Positions 37,026-41,247 of a stretch of 41,247 bases of DNA are shown here, piece by piece. Made by a program: the position numbers and the translations under genes. Positions within the stretch are counted from its first letter, which is position 1. Every line of letters begins with the position of its first letter. The DNA lies in IMG/VR virus record IMGVR_UViG_3300042939_000259, positions 1 to 41,247 of that record, one strand, 5' to 3'. Under the pieces are notes generated by a model. That model made no database searches, was not told the DNA's origin, and saw only the letters and a list, made by a program, of their open reading frames with translations. Source of the DNA: a virus (taxonomy: Duplodnaviria > Caudoviricetes).

Positions 37026-37949
37026 ATGAATTACGCGTTATATGATAACAAAAAAGTAAGTGCAGAAGAGTATAAAAAATCTGAAAATTTAGATTTAAGA
37101 TGCCCATGTTGCAATAGTCAAGTTGTAGCTAAACAAGGAGAAATAAATGTTTGGCATTTTTCGCACAAAGTTAAAAATGAATGTTCTAATTGGTTTAAAC
37201 CTATGACAGAATGGCATTTAAATTGGCAAAAACAATTTCCAGAAAAAAATAGAGAAATTATACATAAATGCGAACAAACAGGCGAAAAACATATAGCTGA
37301 TGTTAAAACTGATAATGGTATTGTTATAGAATTTCAGCATAGTTCAATAACCCCGCAAGAAATAAGAGCAAGAGAAGAATTTTATGGTGAAAAAATGATT
37401 TGGGTTTTAGATGCAAGCAAATTTAAAGTTGAATTAGTTGCATATCCTGATAAAACACCTTACAAAGAATCTATTAACTATGATTTAGAATCTTTATCTG
37501 AAACATTTAAAACTTTAAGTTATTTAAAAATCGAAAAAGAAAAATACATAAAATATAAACAATCTAAAAAATTTAAAACTAAATCTTATTTTTTTGATAT
37601 TTGTAAAAATCCTGTTTTTATTGATACTAATGATGGTAATTTAATTTATTTTAGATTTAAACAAAATGAATTTATAAATTTTACTAATGATTTTAAAATT
37701 ATATTTCATAAAAAAATAGTTGATACACCTGATTATTGGAATTCTGTATGGATAACTGCAAGTGCTAATGAATCAACAGGGCTTTCAGGTGATTTTACAG
37801 AAAATGAAGTTTTTTTTGAAATGGAAATAAAGCCTGATAAAGGTTTTAATTGTTTATACAATGCAGGTGAAATTATTAAAAAATCAGATTTTATTAAAAA
37901 ATACGCCCATGAAACTTCTTCAAATCTTCAAACGCAATCTTTGTATTGA
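37026..37949 (+). CDS. CoiA-like PD-(D/E)XK nuclease
   Basis: CPCC...HFSH...C zinc site, MTEWH, HIADV, IEFQHS, MIWVLD; AT-rich. Confidence 0.85.
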   Translation: MNYALYDNKKVSAEEYKKSENLDLRCPCCNSQVVAKQGEINVWHFSHKVKNECSNWFKPMTEWHLNWQKQFPEKNREIIHKCEQTGEKHIADVKTDNGIVIEFQHSSITPQEIRAREEFYGEKMIWVLDASKFKVELVAYPDKTPYKESINYDLESLSETFKTLSYLKIEKEKYIKYKQSKKFKTKSYFFDICKNPVFIDTNDGNLIYFRFKQNEFINFTNDFKIIFHKKIVDTPDYWNSVWITASANESTGLSGDFTENEVFFEMEIKPDKGFNCLYNAGEIIKKSDFIKKYAHETSSNLQTQSLY

Positions 37950-38178
37950 CTACATTATGATCGATGATTCTGATTACGAAAAATGCAAAAACTTTAAATG
38001 GCATGTTAAAAAAAATAGGATTATAAGCAATACTGGCATGTTATTACATCATTTGCTTTTTCCGCTTAAAAACCATGATTTAAAGTACACTATGACGTTT
38101 TTAGATGGCAATCCGTTAAACTATCAAAAATCAAATATCGAATTTTCACATCGAAAAGTTTTAAAATCTGAAAACTAA
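37909..38178 (+). CDS. Degenerate HNH endonuclease-derived protein
   Basis: IDDSDYE..KW..LHHLL..TFLDGNPLNYQKSNI versus consensus DHIDGNxLNNxxxNL. Confidence 0.6.
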   Translation: MKLLQIFKRNLCIDYIMIDDSDYEKCKNFKWHVKKNRIISNTGMLLHHLLFPLKNHDLKYTMTFLDGNPLNYQKSNIEFSHRKVLKSEN

Positions 38179-38211
38179 TACTTACTTTTGCCTTAACTGC
38201 GGTTTACCGCT

Positions 38212-38243
38212 AACCGCTGTTCAACAAGTGCAGCGGTTTTTTT
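38212..38243 (+). terminator. Rho-independent terminator
   Basis: AACCGCTG/CAGCGGTT stem and T tract. Confidence 0.75.
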
Positions 38244-38251
38244 ATTTGAAA

Positions 38252-38540
38252 TGTTAACACAGGTTACACAGCATGTAACACCTAAACGTTTGATTCTTAA
38301 CGTTGTTACGCTGTTAACACCCGTTACGGAGTTTTTCTCACACACAACGCATATACACACATGCGTAGTTAAACTTAAAAATACATATGTGCGTAGAATA
38401 TAGTGTAACAGGTGTAAACATGTAACATACTATGATTATCAATACTTTATATGTTACACTTAATGTAACAACTGTTAACAATAATAATATAAATAATAAA
38501 TAATATAAATAATAATATAAATAATAATACTAATAACAAT
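38252..38540. repeat. Iteron-like repeat array plus AT-only tract, putative replication origin
   Basis: Twelve TGT(T)AACA/GTTAC motifs in four triplets, then about 50 nt of A/T-only ATAATAATATAA repeats. Confidence 0.7.
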
Positions 38541-38644
38541 ATAGATATAGTCCTAAAACGAATTTAAACGGCATTTTAAGGCATTTTTATATTAAAGTGG
38601 TGTATAGATATCAAAACTTATTAAAAGTTGCTTAAAACGAAAAT

Positions 38645-39073
38645 ATGAAAGGAATTGCAGGTAGAAAACTGTTATTTAAAACGCCCGAAGAACTGCAAAG
38701 TAAAATTGAAGCCTATTTTGATTATTGCGAATCACGTACAAAAAAAGAAGTTGTAAAAACACGTGACTATTATGAAGTAATTGATTTGCCAGACCCAATA
38801 CCATATACTATCTATGGCTTAGCTGATTTTTTAGATTGCGACGCTGATACGCTTTTGAATTACGCCGAAAGGCCTGAATTTTCGGTATTTATAGCGCGGG
38901 CGAAACACAAAATACTAACAAACAAAGTAGTTAGGGGCTTAGATGGCAAATCAAATCCTGCAATTACTAAACTTTTGTTAGGGTTTAACTATGGCATAGT
39001 AGAACCGAAGGGCGAAGCGCAAGACGACAAAAACATTAACATAAATATTCAGTATCCACCTGAAGCTAAATAG
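38645..39073 (+). CDS. terS: Terminase small subunit (P22 gp3-like)
   Basis: GR...TPEELQSKIEAYFD, PYTIYGLADFL, TLLNY; directly before terL. Confidence 0.85.
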   Translation: MKGIAGRKLLFKTPEELQSKIEAYFDYCESRTKKEVVKTRDYYEVIDLPDPIPYTIYGLADFLDCDADTLLNYAERPEFSVFIARAKHKILTNKVVRGLDGKSNPAITKLLLGFNYGIVEPKGEAQDDKNININIQYPPEAK

Positions 39074-40524
39074 TGCCGCGCAACATAAACATACAACTGT
39101 TTAAGCCGCACACAGGGCAAAAACGAATATTAGATAATAAGCGCAGGTTTAACTGTATTGTTTGCGCGCGTAGGTTCGGCAAAACTGAACTTATAACATC
39201 GGTTGCCTTACCGCTTATAAGCCCTGCCGTGTTTGAAGGTAAGTTTGTTGGTATCTTTGTAGATGACTTTAAGGACTTTGCGCAAAGCTGGAATAAGATT
39301 GTAGATACTTACAAAACTATATCAGAAGGCGGAATCATTAAGCATAAAGATGAAACTTCAAAGATAATGCAGTTTCTTAACGGCGGTGTTTTGGAAGTCT
39401 GGTCTATCGGAGATGAAGGGCGAAAGGACAAAGGGCGCGGGCGTAAATATCACCGCGTTATCTATGAAGAAACACAAAAGATACCCAGCCATATATTAGA
39501 ATACCATTGGAAAACTGTAAGCCGCCCTACCTTGACTGACTACAAAGGTGAGGCGTTTTTTATTGGTACCGCAGCGGGTAAAGATAACTATTGGTACGAA
39601 CTATGCAGAAACGGCGCTAAGGCTGGCAATGTAGAAAAGAATTGTTATAATGACATAGATTTGCCACAAAGCGAAAACGGTTCTAATAGTTGGATAACGT
39701 TTCGAATGGAAACAACCGATAACCCAAATATAGACCCTGACGAAGTAGCCGATGCAAGCCGCGACCTTGACCGCTTAACGTTTGAACAGGAATACAAATC
39801 TGTATTTGTTGACTATTCAGGTGAAGCATGGGTTTACGTTTTAAAAGATAAAAGCATACAACAAAAAGTATTTCAGCCATCAAAGAAAATAAATTGGGAA
39901 ACGGAACAAATTTACGTTTCGTTTGACTTCAATAAGATTCCTATGACAGCTGCCGTTATGCGCAAAACAACATTAGCGCCTGATGTATCGGCCCGTTCAC
40001 GTTATCGCTATGGCGTGCATATTGTAAAGGAATTTAAGATAGGTAGTGAAGAACGCGGTGAAGCATCAATCTATGATACATGCCAGGCGTTTAGGGAATG
40101 GATTTTTGCCGAAACAAATAAGAAAATCGGGCGTTGGTCTGATACTGCTATTTATCCCTGCACTATTCCGCTATTGATTACAGGCGATGCAAGTGGTGAT
40201 AGGTCCGATGGTAGGCAGCGCGTTTCTAAAACCTACTACGAAATTATACAGGAAGAACTGCAGTTACCCGCGCGGTTCTTTGTAGTACCTAAAGCTAATC
40301 CCCTGCACGCTGAAAGTTACGTGCAAACAAATACAATTATAAGCATGTGCCCCGACTTTCAGATTTATGAAGATAAATGCCAGGGCTTGCGTATGGACTG
40401 TTTGCGTATTAAATCCGATAACAGCCGCAGAATCATTAAAGGCAAAGGTGAAGAACGACAGGCTGACTTATTAGACAATTTGAGATACCTACTCAATACA
40501 TTTTGTCAAGATATTAAATTATAA
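39073..40524 (+). CDS. terL: Terminase large subunit
   Basis: ARRFGKT Walker A, GRG, VIYEE Walker B, FEQEY, SFDFN, GDASG, DLLDNLRY. Confidence 0.9.
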   Translation: MPRNINIQLFKPHTGQKRILDNKRRFNCIVCARRFGKTELITSVALPLISPAVFEGKFVGIFVDDFKDFAQSWNKIVDTYKTISEGGIIKHKDETSKIMQFLNGGVLEVWSIGDEGRKDKGRGRKYHRVIYEETQKIPSHILEYHWKTVSRPTLTDYKGEAFFIGTAAGKDNYWYELCRNGAKAGNVEKNCYNDIDLPQSENGSNSWITFRMETTDNPNIDPDEVADASRDLDRLTFEQEYKSVFVDYSGEAWVYVLKDKSIQQKVFQPSKKINWETEQIYVSFDFNKIPMTAAVMRKTTLAPDVSARSRYRYGVHIVKEFKIGSEERGEASIYDTCQAFREWIFAETNKKIGRWSDTAIYPCTIPLLITGDASGDRSDGRQRVSKTYYEIIQEELQLPARFFVVPKANPLHAESYVQTNTIISMCPDFQIYEDKCQGLRMDCLRIKSDNSRRIIKGKGEERQADLLDNLRYLLNTFCQDIKL

Positions 40525-40528
40525 CCCT

Positions 40529-41247
40529 ATGATTTATCGCCCTAAAATTAAAGTACATTCTAATGAAGAAGTAGAATATTGGAAAAACCTAATAAATGAA
40601 AAGCGCCGACAAAACAAAAGTTTGCAGCGCTGGTTAGTAATTTCAGATGTGCATCGGCCGTTTCACAATCAGATACTATGGCAAAAGCTATTAAGGCTTA
40701 TTAGTGAAATGGGAACAACTTTGCATGGTTTTGTTTTAGCAGGCGATTATTTAGACCTTTATACTTTAGGAAGCTATAACGCCGAATCATTAGCTAACTT
40801 ATCGGGCCTTACATTGCAAGATGAATATATTGATGGATTGCAGGGTATTGATGATATTAACAGCGCGTTCAAAGGTGCTAAAAAATATTTCTTATTTGGC
40901 AACCATGAAGACCGATACTTTAGGCACATAAAAGAAAAGGACAATGCAAAATACGGCGGCGCATTGATTAACCCATGCGAGGCGCTATATCTTCATGAAC
41001 GCGGATGGGATGTTAAAACAGATTGGCAAAGCGATTATTTCACGTTAGGCAAACACTTAGACATAGTTCACGGCGTTTACACTTCAATTCATGCAGCTAA
41101 GGCGCACTTAGATAAAACACAACACTCAGTTATGTTTGGACATACACACCGCGTTCAATGTTATCACACGGGAAACAAAGCCGCGTTTAACATCGGTGGT
41201 TTATTTGATATAAAGTCTAAAGGCTTTTCATATATGCCAAGGTTTCA
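40529..41247 (+). CDS. Calcineurin-like metallophosphoesterase (3' truncated by window)
   Basis: Read by hand: ISDVH, GDYLD, GNHE, HG, GHTHR. Confidence 0.9.
   Translation, partial: MIYRPKIKVHSNEEVEYWKNLINEKRRQNKSLQRWLVISDVHRPFHNQILWQKLLRLISEMGTTLHGFVLAGDYLDLYTLGSYNAESLANLSGLTLQDEYIDGLQGIDDINSAFKGAKKYFLFGNHEDRYFRHIKEKDNAKYGGALINPCEALYLHERGWDVKTDWQSDYFTLGKHLDIVHGVYTSIHAAKAHLDKTQHSVMFGHTHRVQCYHTGNKAAFNIGGLFDIKSKGFSYMPRF

Noticed and set aside
38252-38540. Possible CRISPR array
   Set aside because: Repeats are 6-8 nt, mixed orientation, no 25-40 nt repeat-spacer period, no cas genes
1-41247. Stop-codon reassignment
   Set aside because: Genes are long and tightly packed under code 11, and TAA, TAG and TGA all end genes

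Overview
Most of the genome of a tailed dsDNA phage, probably a siphovirus of a Bacteroidota host (TAnnTTTG -7 promoter boxes, A-rich start regions without obvious Shine-Dalgarno). Positions 1-22.3 kb (+) are the virion/lysis arm in an unusual order: tail chaperone with -1 frameshift, tape measure, spanin-like pair, tail proteins, tail tube, then portal, minor head, scaffold, capsid, neck, fibre, DUF1566 tip and holin. Positions 22.3-35.5 kb (-) carry three peptidoglycan hydrolases, SSB, small early genes, a primase-less helicase preceded by a stand-alone DnaB N-terminal domain, VRR-NUC, a helicase-methyltransferase fusion, a DEAH helicase and two tRNA-shaped RNAs without a normal anticodon arm. 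Positions 35.6-41.2 kb (+) carry RecE-like and Rad52/Sak-like recombination genes, a CoiA-like nuclease behind a kissing-loop leader, a degenerate HNH, an iteron-like origin, terminase and a truncated metallophosphoesterase. No integrase, primase, DNA polymerase, prohead protease, reverse transcriptase or CRISPR array was recognised. All family assignments come from motif recognition by eye, not database searches.
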